A stretch of 59,098 nucleotides of DNA, counting the filler, from Bipalium vagum (lineage: Eukaryota), in NCBI GenBank assembly GCA_037834085.1. It is 3 parts of 3 records of this genome, joined end to end, with 100 filler letters (N's around TTAATTAATTAA, not from the genome) between each part and the next. Parts side by side here need not be neighbours in the genome. Positions count along the whole stretch, not along the records: positions 1 to 17,609 come from JBBMKC010059068.1; 2 more parts are not named here. One strand, given 5' to 3'. Positions 1 through 14,479 of this stretch are shown piece after piece. The notes under the pieces are model-generated. The model worked only from the letters and a program-made list of their open reading frames with translations. It was not told the origin of the DNA and ran no database searches. The position numbers and the translations under genes are program-made. The number at the start of each line of letters is the position of its first letter. Positions within the stretch are counted from its first letter, which is position 1.

Positions 1-2049
1 AGGCTATTACACCCATGACATTTAAATTCGTATACGATATTAGCTTGCAATATTGCAGGTGTTGGCGTTTTAATTTAAAAAAAGAAAAAATAAGACTCTT
101 ATGTTGTGAACTATTCTGTTTATGAGCAGAGATATTATATATGAGTTATGTTAGAAAATAACAATGTTCATGAAAATAAAGGGCATCGTTAGAAAAAAAA
201 TTAGAACAAAGTTTTTTTTCATTAAAATTACAAACTCGAGACTGTCTATGATTTTTGATAAAGACGATATGAATGTTAAAATCATTTTTTTCTTTAAGAT
301 ATTCATACAAAAATAGAGAGAATGTATAGCGAATCGTTGAACAATTTGACGGATGTTAAACTTTTGAAAACAATGATGTGTCTTGGCGCGAAAAATATAG
401 TTTACTTTTTCCAAAGCATGAATTAATTATTTGTTATGCCACAAATCTTTATAATTTTTTGCATTATAGTCTACGATAAAACTATTCTTCTTATGGATTG
501 CACGAGTAGATCAGGTGGTTCCAGCTTCCTTTAAAGCTGATGATTACCTCAAAATACTTGGTTAGACAATCCCTCTTCATGATACAATCGCATAAAGTTA
601 GAATGTACCTTATATTCGGATTGGCAATATATTATCAGTAGGTTGTTTGAGAATACAAGATAAGTATCGCGAATCACACGTAAACAAGATGTCTGATCAG
701 GTCATCTGACACACACGGTACTCTAAACCACTCCGATGATAGTCGATTGTAATAGGCATGATATTTTGATTCATTTTATATTCCTTTTAGATTTTTCATT
801 TATTTTTTTTTAATATTTACATAACACACACGGATGAAAATGTCTGATTCTCAATTTAAGAAGCAAGCCAATTAATATATTTTACACTTTTATCATATTT
901 TAAATTGTCCAATTATTTCTTTATTTGTTTTAAACTTACATAACAACCCTATTTTTTTTATAATTCTTTTTATGACAGTGCTGAAATTCGTGCTGAAATT
1001 CGTCAATTCATCAATCACAGATCTTTTTTTGTAATTTCGTACTGAAAAATCATAATACGCAATTTTGCATATCATTTTATTAATATAAAAATATTTTTAT
1101 TGTTTCGTTTTGAAAATATTTATTTTTCTAATTTCTAATGATTTGATGTTTTATCAATTAATGTTCCTTCTGAATGTGATGCAGGAAGAGTAATTAATTT
1201 TCATTGTTGTCCGAAAATGGTTTTATTCAATTATGGTTCATAAATAATACTTTTCTTGCTCCATTAGCTAATGGAAAAGGGAAGATGAAATGATGAATGA
1301 CTCATAGTGACTTGAAAACTATCATTATATGGTTAGAAGAGGTGATACCTTTGATCTAGCATTGCGAGTTATCGTGGATGAAATCAGTTGATAATTGAGT
1401 GATTCTGTGGTGAAGGGCAATTGAATTCTAATTTACTTGATGAACTGAAGAATCACAAGACCTCTGCAAACTTCTATTTTAAAAACAATCAGAGCTGTGG
1501 AAATCATAAGTAAAGTAGTAGAAACCAGAGTTGAGAACGAAAGTGATTAGAATAAAGTTAAAAACAAAGATAGTGAACGATTTTAGAAGTACGTTGGTTG
1601 TGAGGCAATTATATATTAATTGTTGATGAAATTCGGAAAGATTTTCCAAATTTCTATAATTTATTTACTTACTAAATGCAAATGAATGCTTTATTTGAAA
1701 AGTTCGATTGAGACCATCTTAGACCTAAGAGACCTAAACTGTTCATATTACATTGTTATCCTGTAGATTTTTCGAATTTTTATATAAGCGTTTTGACACA
1801 AATTTTATTTAATTTACGGGTTGATTCTATTCTTATGTTTTTATCTATATTGTGCTCATTTTAGAAATAGATCTTCAAAATTTTATTTATCGTGTTCCAC
1901 GTAAGTTCCATAACTAAGTTGGTAATTTGAACACAAAAAGTTGGGTTCATTTTTTAAGTATTAATGAATACTTCCTAAAAACAATGGTTTATGTCTAAAT
2001 AGTCACGAGATTATTATAAAAGAAAAGATTACTTTTACTTTACTTAAGA

Positions 2050-2470
2050 ATAAATAAATCAAGTTTAGGCCCAAACAATTGAACATCAAACAACTGGGAT
2101 CCCAGAATTAGTGCGTGCTCCAATTATAGGACCTCCTAAATAGTTCTTAATAATTCTTGTTCTGGTTCAATAAATTCTTGTATTAATGAAATCAATGTTT
2201 CTACTTTTCTAGAAACTTGAATATGAAATAAAATACCTACGGTATATTTACCTATAGTATATACCTGTCCGCTATACTGATCAATAAAAGTACAATCACT
2301 ACCACACTCAAAACCACCAAACACTCAAGTTCAGTCAACGTAATAACCACGATGATATTTTGTTTCTCCAATTTTTGATTCAGTATTTTTTGATTCAATT
2401 TTTGATTTCCAGGACCAATAACCTGGAAAATTGTTTTGCAATTATTGATGTGGCCGAAATGTACCATAAG
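2050..2470 (-). mobile_element. Degenerate Ty3/gypsy gag-protease relic
   Basis: Minus strand gives a zinc-knuckle remnant (HFGHINNCK) followed by an aspartic-protease-like segment (FECGSDCTFID, cf. D-T/S-G-S/A..TFI); frameshifted. Confidence 0.4.
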
Positions 2471-5400
2471 TTAAAGAAACTTAAAATCTAAAAATACATA
2501 TATGATGTACTTTAAACAAAAATGTACCTGAGATATGTCTAGCTAATATCCTGCAAAAAACTTTATTTCAGATTTTTACATATCTTTGATTTTAATGGAT
2601 ATTTTATTGATCATATCCACTCTTTTATATGGTGGACTGAGACTGGTTGTTACTTGAATGGTCAAGATTGATAACTCAAGTGGTAACTTGGATGGTACCG
2701 TAGTGTTCTGGATTGTGTAGAACGGAATTGATTGTTGATTCTGTTTAATCTAGTTTTGTCTCAATTTATTGAACGATTGTTGGTTTCGTTCAACTTGGTT
2801 TTGGCTGAGCACTTAAATTGGTTGTCGATTTTGTTCAATCAGGCTTTTGTCGCAGTTTTATTATAAAAATTTTGTCTGCTTTTCTTAAAATCTCTGCTCT
2901 CTTTTATATGATTCTTTTTGTTCCTTTTTTTTATAATTAGAAAGTTTCTTTTCATTCATATAATTTTGCTAATCTACTTTTCTTCTATTTTTCTATTTTC
3001 GTATAAAATATTTTTTCTAATTTCTATTATTAGTAAGTTATTATTGTCTTAATATAAATTTTATTTAAGTATAATAACAAATAATAATAATAATAATTCT
3101 TACATATTATTTATCAGGATATTATATTATACTTTGTCTTATTTGCTATATTATAATATTATATTATATTATAATATTTCGTTTTCTTTTTGTTATTTAT
3201 TATTATTTAATTATCGTTTTATGATTTATTAAGAATCAGTCAAAATCGATTTTGTGATACATATATTCATACTATTATGTAATATTAAAAGGGTAAAAAA
3301 ATTGTCAAAAATAATTTTATTCAAATAATGGATAAATGTTCAAAGAAATCACACAATTAAAAGATGTCACAAAGGGATAGAATTGTCAAAAAGAATACTT
3401 ATTCGCGAATAATGGATAAAAATGTCCACAAGAAAACTGTTGTCAAAAATGGATTATAATGTCATTATTCTGGATTGATTAGAAAGATTGAGAATTGTAA
3501 TTGCTCTGGCTTGATTGGAAGGATTGAAACGGTTGGCTTTGGTGGGCTTGGTCGTAGTCTCCACAAAATTATTATTTTTAGTGTTACTATTATGATTATT
3601 ATTCTTATTATTTTTTCCTGAATTTCACAATTCTTATTCGTGAAAGGTGGGTGTTTTTGGTAAGCCTAACATAAGTATTATTTGAGTCAATACTTAATAT
3701 CGAAAAAAACAAATAAAATAACAGAAAATTTTTAAATATATTTTTTTGTATAAATTAACAAAATTACTTTTTATAAATTACTTTAAAAATTATTAAGTGT
3801 ATAATTTTTAAATTAAATATAAGAAAATAGAATATTAATAAAGATAAATATAAAAAATACAGAAAATTTAATATTTAAGATAGGAATATTATATATATTA
3901 TCATACCAACCAGACAAACTCAAAAAAAATATCCCGATTTTATGTGCCAGGAGGTAATTGCTAATAATTAAATAAATTATGAATAATAATAACGAACCTT
4001 GTTTTAAAATTAAAACAAAGTTTCTATTCGATTTCATAATAATTAAATAATAATTTTTTTATATTAATTTAATTAGGACTTGTTTTGAAAACAAACAAGA
4101 TATAAAAAAAAATTCGTAAATCATTAAATCATATATGTCCTTTTAAAATTTTTCAGATTTTGTAGTCAGAACAAGGTTTATATTTAACCAATTAAGTAAA
4201 TACTCAAGCCAGGACTTGAGAATCAAGTAATTTTTTTAATTCCTATTCCTATTTCTTTTTCCTTTTTTATTTTTTTTCTTAATTCACACACTAAGTAGGG
4301 CGGTGAATTAATTTGTTTTCCTTTATTAAGGACCTCTGGGCCTAAAAGCGAGAAGATTTTTATAACCCAAAAATAAAAAACCTTAAATAATATACATCAA
4401 GGACGATTATCACCAACCTTTGTAGAAATCCATATTTTTAATAAAAATATAATTTTGAAAGTTTAAATTTGTTATTTTTAGTGATTTTTAAGCAACCTTT
4501 GGTGTTAACTCCTAATCGTTTTTACCTCCACACTTAATTTTATTAGGAACTTAAAAGTAGTTATGTAACTACTAATATAATGTTCCAGATTTTTGTTTAT
4601 TTCTTTTCTATGCAGTATTGGTAAACCATTTAATGATCTCATTCATATACTGATGTCCAGGAACTGGAAAATAAAAAAAACTTTGATCGTCTGAAAAAAA
4701 GTATGTTTGAGACAGAAGACTATGATTTGAAAATAAAGGGCAAACCTAACATCTAATAGTTATTATTTCTGAGAAGACTGGATAACTTCTCGAAGTAGGC
4801 CAGATTAATAGTTTGAAATATATATAGAAATAAATAAATTAACTAAAATTAAAGTTTATTTAATTCTGATTAAGTAAAACTCGATCTGATTTTTAACGAA
4901 GGTTGATTAAGGGTTAATTGGTTTGATTTAAAAGCGTAACAGTGGCTTAGTAATTTGGTTCCATTTTAAATCATAACAGTAAGTTGACTTCAATTAAATT
5001 TTTAAAGTATAAGTAATTTGATTTTGATTTGATTTTAAAGACATTATAAAAAGATTTGGATTTCCAAGACCAAAGAAACTACCTGATATTATAATGAAAG
5101 AGATTTTCAATTGATAAATCAGCTTGTTCTAATTAAAATAAATTTGACCTGAAAGTGATTCATGAATAAAATTATTTTAAAGTTGATTTGACATTTCATT
5201 TTAAGTGGAAGATGATTTATAAAACGGAGGCCCACAGGTGTTGCATTAGAGAGGACAACTTTCTTTATACTTCAACCTAGGTCAATACCAAGTTATACGA
5301 TTTCATTTTGTTTTTTTCAATCAAATAATTTTTATTCACGTAGCTATGGAGACTCCCAGACTCAGCCTCTAAATTAAAACGTAATCTGGCAAAAACATTA

Positions 5401-6389
5401 TTGTACATATGACCTCAAATTATTTATTTTATGTGCATGGAAAATATAGTATGCTGGTATAATAATAATAAAAATTTTATTTTATTTTATTGTTTTAAGT
5501 CAGTAGAAAATCGTAAAAACAAATTTAAAAGGAAAACTAAAAAGACTACAGTCAAAAACAAACATTCCACATGAAAACGAAAAATATTAAAAATAATTTC
5601 CTTTTAAAATTATTTATTAGAAATATATAAAAATATTTTCATTCTACTCCTACTGTGCAATATTAAAAAATCCTAATATTTATGATATTGTGGAGACTCC
5701 ATAAGTATCAAAAATTACAATCTTTTTGTGAAAAAAAACTTGTATTTTTGATTTAATTTCTGATTAGTATTTTTAGTTGTAAAAGAAGAATTCCAAAACA
5801 TGAACGATCACAAACAATTATTATTAGCATTATATACACACATATACATATTATATTAACAAAATTCCTAGTAAGAAAATTATTATTTTATTTATATTAT
5901 AGAATACATTGTTTACTTAAGCAGGTATTCATTAAAATTATTTAAGCTGGCAATTCATTAGAGTTGCACAGATTATTAAAATCATAACTAAATCAACCAA
6001 ATTGGCAATTCTTTATACTTGAACAATTTCTAATTAATTCTTTTAAAAAAGTGTTAAGGTGCAGCCCTAAAATCAAAACTCTTCATTTCTGAAGTAGCTA
6101 TTCTTTGTTCGTAATTCACATAATAATTAGGGTAGTGAACTACAATTCATCGAGAGCCATTGAGATACAGATATTTACATCAATACGAAAGGAATCTAAA
6201 CTTTTAAATTAAGAATAACCATTGGGAATTTTTCTTAAGAGGATAGTTGTTATAGCAATCACTTTTAGTTTTGTAAATCACTATTTCTCGCTCATTTTTC
6301 ATTTAATTACAATAAGTTTTAATTTTGTGTAATTTTTTTGTAATTTTGTAATTTAATTAAGTTGTAAAATTTGTTTGCAAATCAACTGA

Positions 6390-6929
6390 AGATATGGAAA
6401 ATACAAGATTACCACATACTGATGATACCATCGTCTCAGAATTTAGAAATAATGTCAATTACATTGAATGCGATGAAAATATCAGTTGTTATGATACATT
6501 TATTGAAGATGTTTTTAAAAATGTTTTCAATGACTACCAAGCAGACAGAGCTGATCATGAAAGCATTGCTTCAGTAGTGATGATTTGATTCCAAATATTA
6601 CACGAAGAATCTGACTTTTAATAATGTTCTTGCAATGCTGAATGAAATTAGCAAGTTTGCAGCGAATAATTTTCCGGAGATTAAAATACCAATATCACAG
6701 GCTAAGCACAAAATTGAGAACGAAATTTGCAATAAAAAAATAAATCCAGGCAATCAAAATTGAATGAATTTTTTTATAAAAGTTTATATTGATTAATGTT
6801 CTTTTATTAATTAGTATTGTGTAATGTTTTATTAATGTTTTATTTTGAAATTTTTTTATGTAACAATCTGCTAATGTAACCGAATTTTGCTTTGCAATTA
6901 GGCTGTCACATTAGACAGGTTTCACTGTA
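6390..6929 (+). mobile_element. pogo/Tigger 3' end relic with TIR
   Basis: Acidic C-terminal remnant (YIECDENISCYDTF) and a typical terminus ...agacaggtttcactg-ta at ~6912-6929. Confidence 0.5.
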
Positions 6930-7556
6930 TTTATATTTGATTTGTTAATCTGAAACATTAAATTTCATATTATTTTATTTCTCATTAATATTTTAAATTT
7001 TATTTATTTTTTTATAAACACGGGAATAAAACTGTTGTCATAAATAAAAGTTTGAGTCGCTATTTAATCAATCATTTAATGACAGGTCTACCCAAACTCT
7101 TAGTGGAGAAAGAGTAGGATAGGATGCTGCGTAAAAACAATTCAAATTTGGAGAATCTGAAAATAAGGAAAACTCGATAGACATTTGTATACGTGGAAAA
7201 GTATCGTTGGTAGATCAAAATTCGAAAACTGAGGCAGTACCGTATAAAATTTTTTTAAGATTCAAGAAATTCTTCAACAGCGTATGATAACCAAAAACTA
7301 AAAAAAATTTTATGTAATAGTAGCAATACCTCATAAAACTATAGCAAACTAAAATATAAACCTTTTAAATCTAAAATTATTACTGTGGTTAAAATATTAT
7401 TTAATATTGTGTTCTTAACGACCAAAATCGATCGATTACTGACTATTTTATTACTTTTTTATGCCAAAAATTAAATTTATAAAAGCGATTCTAAGTGGTA
7501 CTTAAACTTTTATTTAGTTTACAATTTGGTTTACATGTAAATTTTAATTTTTATAC

Positions 7557-7805
7557 CGCCTTCATGGTCATCAACGGATATGAATTCTTGTCACTAAACC
7601 ACTCCATTATGATAGAATAAAAATTTGCATGGAACAAGAACTTCAATTTATTTTCCATGGGGAGCCGAAGAAAATTCATCAATAAATGAAGTAATAGAAT
7701 TGGATGGAAACCAGATAGATATAACCTCAGTAAATACAGATCATCAATGAGAGGTTTATGTCGAGACTCCCATAAACAAACAAGATTAGCGGGAAAAACC
7801 AAATA
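7557..7805 (-). CDS. Candidate internal exon of an unidentified gene (83 codons, phase 0-0)
   Basis: Acceptor tgtgttttag, stop-free frame YLVFPANLVCLWESRHK...YPLMTMKA, donor gtataa; GC-richer than the flanks. No compatible neighbouring exon found. Confidence 0.4.
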
Positions 7806-9399
7806 CTAAAACACACAACAGGCCCATAAATAACTTAAAAGTTTTACCCCAACAAATTTGACATTTTTGTTTTATTTTGTTTTTTTCAATTAAATTGCCA
7901 ATTGTGTTTATTTGATAAAAATCAAAAATTACGTTGTATCTTAATGGATATTGATATTTACTTTATTTAAAAATCGAGATTTTTCCAATTTAACAATTTT
8001 GTTTCCATTAGCAATTGTTTTCATTCATTTTATTTAATTGTTTTTATTTATTTAATATTTTTATTTTTTAATAAGCATGGTTTATATATTATTATTGTGA
8101 GAATCTAAAAATATGAGTAACATATTGAATTTTCAGTATATTGAGCTACAATATTGTAATAATTAAATAAATAAAATACTAAAATTAAACAATTAATAAT
8201 AAATAAATTAAAAGAAAATTTAAATTAAACATTTTAAATATAAATTTTAAAGCTCAGTATATTCGAATTAAATGCGAAGAATTTATTTGAAAAATAATTT
8301 AGTTTCATTTGTTTTAATAACAAATAAAAACAGAACTGTTTGAATAAATTAGTTATAGATGTTGATGACTTTTATCAACAATCATCGAGCGTAAAATACA
8401 ATGATACTGTTTACTGACTTTTAACTACTAAAGTATACATAAAAATAAAATCTGTGAAAAGATTTTTATTTATTTTCAGTAGTAAAAGATTTCTTAAAAT
8501 GTTGCAAACAGTACAAATAATACTTTTGAAAGTTTAACACATTTGAAAATAATTTCCCTTGTATCAATTATAATATTAAATCTGTTTAAGATTTTTACTG
8601 ATTATAACTTAAAATTTATTTTTAAAAATTTTTTGAAATCAAATTAAATAACCGTTAAGTTTCTGAAAATTAAACCCTGCTAAACTTTGAAAAAAATATA
8701 TATAAAATAATTAAGTGATTTTAATGCCTGAGTAGCAGGATAGGAGTATATTCTAGTTTGCCTTGAACGAGTCAGTTCCATGTCCGAGAACTAACAACCT
8801 GAATGGTCAATTTCGACTATAAAGCCAGCTCTCAGAACAGGAAAACACAAAAAACATTACTATTATTGACCAAATAGACGTAACATATCAGTCTTAGTTC
8901 AATATTCAATTCAAAATGTCGGTAATAAGTTTACGAGTGAATTTTTTCGGACCCCTTCGAATTTTGAGAGTTGGTTGGTACTATTGTAGTACCGAGGAAC
9001 TTTCGTGAGACATGAGCCTCTTAAAGAAAAAAATTTTGTTTTTTATAATATAAAGTAATTTTAGTACTTTTTTTTCTTACTTTTATTTCTTTTATAATAT
9101 TTTGATTTGCTTATCCTGTAATAATTATTGACATTTTTATTTGCTAAACAGTGGTGAATGACATTTGTGTGAGACATTGTCATATACGTCGATACAGGAC
9201 AGCTTTTTTATATATTTAAAGACTTTTTTATGATATAACTTTAGGGAACATTATACTTTAACTAACAAAATAAATTCTTGTGACTGGTGAATATCTAAAA
9301 TTTTAAAGAAAATTATGAACTGAACTTTTTCCAATATTTCATTGGGGTTAGAATTTTAAAAATTAGTTGTTGTGCATGGATTAAAATAAATTGAATATT

Positions 9400-10690
9400 T
9401 AATTATAGTATAAATTTTCTAATCCGGATAAAATTTGCGGTTCCAAATTAATTGTCCATTAAATTCCTACAAATTATATTGTCTAATCCGGTTTTTCGTA
9501 ATCCGGAATTTTGTCAATACTGGATAAAATTTCTGGTCCTATTTACAAAAAAATTTCCTTTTCCGGATTTCCTATTTAATTTATGACAAAAATAGGTTTG
9601 TTTAAATATTCTAAAATAGTTTTAAAATTGAAATAAATTTAGATTAAAAGTAATTTAATACGCTAATTATAAAATTTTAAATTATGAATGATGACAACAA
9701 AGCGATTAAGATGTGAAATTAATTTAGAGAAAAAATTGAAATAATTTGCTTTTCTAAACAAAATAAGATAATTACAAATATTGATATTGCTAAGCAATTT
9801 AATATTAAGCCACAAACTTTGCGACATTTTATAAAATAAATCAAAAGTTAAAGAAATGTTCAAAAATGATTTAATAACCGGTCATTAAAAAAAATTAAAA
9901 GTACAAAATATAAAAAAACAGCCAAATCATTATTACAATGGTTTAATGGAATGCGAGTAAATCAACCTAAATTACCATTGAGTGGAGAAATGATCAGACA
10001 GAAAGGAATTAATTATGCAAGGTTGTTAGGTGTGTTAGACACAAACGAAAAAGTAAGCATGAATTGGATAAGAGATGGAAGAAGCAGCACAACGTATCTT
10101 CCAAAAAGATGTATGGTGAAAGTGCGTCTGTATCATACGAATCAGTTCGACAATTGAAGGACATTCTTGTCAAAGATATGACAAAATATTCATTAGATAA
10201 TATACTTAACTGTGATGAATGTTGATTATTCTGGGTAATAACACCAGGTACAACTCACGCTTTCAAGGATGAAAATGTTCATGGTGATAAAAGACCAAAA
10301 GAACGTATTACCATTCTTAATTGTGTAACTATGTCAGGTAAAAAATTTCCTCTGTTGGTTATTGGAAAAATTTTTAAGACCACTTTGTTTCAAGCTTATC
10401 ATTCAGCTGCCCGTTACCTACCGTGTAAATAAAAAGGCATGGATGACTTGTGAAATCTTTACGGAATCCAGAAGTTGATAATAAATCTTGATGATTCTGA
10501 AGAGGTTTATATTCCTTCCTTCAATGATTTTACTCAGGCACTGAAAACGGCACATTTATACTTTCAAACTCATGAGGATTTAGTACAAGCTATGTAGATG
10601 CAATAGAGAATCTACAGAACAAAGTCAATATGGAAATGATTCAAGTTTTGAAACAAACACAAATAACGGATTTTTTTCAAATTGAATAAC
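9400..10690 (+). mobile_element. Degenerate pogo/Tigger (CENP-B-like) transposon
   Basis: HTH remnants (IAKQFNIKPQTL; LSGEMIRQKG), DDE_1 motifs NCDEC, KRPKERITILNC, LLVIGK, NKKAWMT with stops and frameshifts; subterminal tccgga repeats at 9420-9570. Confidence 0.8.
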
Positions 10691-12389
10691 TATTAAATTT
10701 TAATCTTGTATTAAAATAACTTTTTTCGCTCTACTGTTTGTTTATTAGTATTCAGTATTTATTTATTAATTATTTCGATAACCATTTAATTATTATCATT
10801 ATAATAATCAATTTGGTTTAATAATTATTTATTACTGTATAATTAAAGTGTTTTTTAAAAATTATGATGCAATATTATTACCTGCCTTCGAAAATAATCT
10901 TTTAGAAAAGAAATTCAAATTGATTTAAATTCATATCAATCATTAATTGGATCTTCATGCACAGAAATGATAATAAAATATTTGATAATAAATACTGAAT
11001 GCACGTAAATAATGTTTTTAAATAACAAAAGAACGATAATTTCTAGGATACATAAAAAATAAGTTAATTAAAGAAATGGCAATCGTTAGCCATATTTCAG
11101 ATAATTCATGGATACCATACCAAAAGAATTTCTCTGGTTTAAAAGCGAACCCATTTTTGAGATCAACTTTGGTCATTTTCGTAGATTTTTATGTGTTGCT
11201 CAGTAGTTACATGTGCCACTGATCGAAACAGATGAAAATCTGAAGGAAGAAGAACTGACGAATATGACGGATAAGAGTAATTTCTTGGTCATATATTTTA
11301 ATATAATTTTAACTACTTTAGCAGTCTTTTGCAGTGCGTTGTCATAAAGCAAAATAACTTTAACACAATTTTTTACTCATATTATAACGTTTAGCAATTA
11401 AACATTGATTCAGATAAACTACATAGTTTATCTAGTACTCAAATTTAACAATGAAACTTAGTCTGAAAACCTCATAAAACACCACAACTTTTTGATAATT
11501 CCAGACGCAGATCATTTTTTGATTTTCAAAGTGGTATGGTGCAAGCTTTTAACTTACGTTAACCCAATAATAGGTATTCTTGGATTTTCAAAATAAACCA
11601 ACTTCTCATATACTGTAAAAATTCAATGTAATTCTTTCTTAACGTTGCAACATCGTACTCACTATTCTTCGGTTTTAAGTTATCTTTCAGCCAATTGATT
11701 AAGCACAATTTTCTTATAAAAATTCCAGTTCTGTACCTTAAATTTCTTATTTCTGAAGAACTTAGACCGACGTTTGGTCACAAATTATCCAGTATTTTTC
11801 TGCGATAATTTTTTTCATCATAAAATAATGAATTATCTTAGCTTAGATTAAATGGCGGCATGTCAAATCTAAAACTTTTGAATATATTAACATCATATGA
11901 AAATTTGAATAAATATTGTAGTATATAACGATTATTAAAAAAAATAGATTAGCTTTGAATGATAGTATATTACCATATATGTCAGTGATTTAATTTAAAT
12001 AAATCCGCATTATTTATCTGTACACTTAGTATATATAATACATTATTTCTGTAAATTAAAAAGATAAAAGGCAATATACTTAAAGAACTATATACGTCAA
12101 ACAATAGTTTCTGTGAAAGATTTAAAAATGGCTTCATAAAAGGATTAATTCATAGAGTATGGTCTTAATATCAGACTATAAAGAGATAGATAAGGAAATA
12201 TAAAATTTTAATTGATTATGTTATTTTATGTACAAATCCAAAATTTTTTTGAATTCTGTCGCACAATTTTAAAGTTATTGACATGTGAAGTAAAATTACA
12301 TTTTTCAAATAAACTTACATAAATCCTTTGTTTTAACGATCTTTTTAAATTAAAAACAAGCGTAATTTTAATATTTTTGATATTGAACA

Positions 12390-13580
12390 GATAAGGGCAT
12401 CAAAATCACCCAGACAAATTTTGCTATATATGTGCGCAATTTATTTATGGCTCGAGGCGAAAATTCAGTAAAGTATTACGAGAAATCGATTGGAACTATT
12501 TCATGGCTAGTTGTTATGATGTCGATTCACGCCATCGCTTCTTTTCGCAGCATGCTACATGAATCTATATCGCTATAAGCAACATAGTACTAAATCTTAA
12601 TTAATTTCGTTGTCCTACAATCTGAACTACCTGCTCGAGTCACAAATATGGTAGATCCAGAAACCGTCTTTCAAACTTAAAGCCAACTACTTTGACTGTG
12701 AAAGCTGTCAAATTCCTAAAAAAAAAAAAGCCTTATCAGATATAGCTGATCGTCCAGATTTACAATCATTTAACGGGGACAGTGAAAATGGATCAGATTA
12801 TGAAGAAACAAAATTTGAAGAATTTAAACGGTACTTAGAAGTATTCAATGATTTTTGTAGAGAATTAAATCTTAGTAAATTAATATCCAATAAATGCCCT
12901 TTCATGCTTAAAAGGGATCCAGATTTGAAGAAAAAACTTTTGTCGGTCACATCTCAACAAGAAAATGAAAGTAAAAATGTTATTAATTTTTTTCTAACTA
13001 CTAGGGTATCAGATTTTTGTCATGATATCAGTGGTTTGATGATTTACCTTGGTGTCAATTACCAAAGCACTGCTTGGTACCTGTTTATTGACTCTTCAAT
13101 ATACATTCTGAAAGCAGCTCTTATATATAAAAATCATATGCTTCTAACCATTTCAATTGCATATGCCAATATAAAAGAGGGTTGATCTTAGAATCAGAAA
13201 ATAATGCAATACATAAACTATTATTCCCATAGCTGGCTCATAATGTGAAATTAGACTTCTTAAGAAAGATGATGCTTTACCAGTAACAATGAGAAGATCA
13301 TGCTGCTTGGACTAACATTTGTTCTGTTGCTAGACATTTTCTCGAAAAATTTGAAGACTGGAAAGAAAAAGTTGATTTTTTAATGTCTAGCTTTCAAGGT
13401 TTGGGCTGGTCAAGTGTCACCACTAAAATGCACGTGTTATTTAAACACAAGAGCAATATGAAAGACATTTAGTTATTTTTTCAGATGAAAATGGGGAAAG
13501 GCAGTATAAAGATATGCAATCAATAGAAAAGTGATATGGAAAATGCTTGAACAAAGAAATGCTTGCTGAATGCATATGGT
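12390..13580 (+). mobile_element. Highly degenerate Chapaev3-type transposase
   Basis: NHPDKFCYICAQ; WYLFIDSS..LKAAL; FSDENGERQYKDM..IEK.YG..MLAECIW. Same motif order as the copy at 22.4-24.2 kb. Confidence 0.7.
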
Positions 13581-13921
13581 TGTTAAAAATAAAGACCAAA
13601 CTCTTTATATCTAAAAAAATATTTTTTGATTGTAAATAGTGTTTAGTAAATACAATTTTTGTCGTATTGTCTCATTTTAATTCTATCTGGATGCAGATTA
13701 TTTCATAAATCTTGTATTCAATAATAAAAAATAGATATAAATCTGTAAAGATAATATTTTATTAATGAAAAATTAGATAGACAGAAATACTAAAAACCAC
13801 TTGATTTTGATTAATTATAATTAATAATCGTCTGTTTTTTCTGTTTTCTCTTTCATGAGAACTCAAAATAGTAGTTAAACTTCATTATTTAAAAGTCATA
13901 TATTCAAAGAATTTTTTTGAC

Positions 13922-14369
13922 AACCTGGAATTTCTCTTTAGACATTAAAAAGCTTCGATACACATGACCGAGAGACCATCAACATCGACATTTTCTAGGG
14001 TCTCGTCTGTAACGATTCTCTTGCAATTCACCAGCATAGAATCTCGCTTTGAAGAGTCCCGGTGACGATTTCGGTTTTGATCGATATAATCTCTGATGGC
14101 CCGTGAGCGTGAGCAGGAATTTTCAACAAGTAATGTCTTTTGGACCTTTTCACTTTGACGGCGACATATTTGATGAATATTGTTCCCAAATCGTCCTTGA
14201 CATATTCCAATTCACTATATTCCGGGTGATCAGTAATTTCTTGCCTCAATTCTTCGGGGATTATATCGGCTATTTTTGATTTGTTGGCTTTCTTAAAATA
14301 ATCGGCGATTTTCTTCATAAATAACCTGGAATTTCTCTTTAGACATTAAAAAGCTTCGATACACATGAC
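13922..14369. repeat. Perfect 47-bp direct repeats (13922-13968, 14323-14369) flanking a 354-bp island
   Basis: aacctggaatttctctttagacattaaaaagcttcgatacacatgac occurs twice, identical, 401 bp apart. Confidence 0.95.
14028..14318 (-). CDS. 96-aa ORF of unknown function inside the repeat-flanked island
   Basis: ATG-initiated ORF with natural-looking composition, GC-richer than the flanks; no recognised domain. Confidence 0.4.
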   Translation of the reverse strand: MKKIADYFKKANKSKIADIIPEELRQEITDHPEYSELEYVKDDLGTIFIKYVAVKVKRSKRHYLLKIPAHAHGPSEIISIKTEIVTGTLQSEILCW

Positions 14370-14479
14370 TTCAAATATTGAAAAATTTCGTTTGTGAAAC
14401 CATTCACGAAATATAACAAAACACGCTCCAAAAAAGTGACAAAATTGAATGAAATAGAATAGAAAAATTATAAAGTAAG

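Noticed and set aside
11047-11276. Exon-like plus-strand segment with AG/GT boundaries
   Set aside because: All three frames contain stops, and I recognise no homology.
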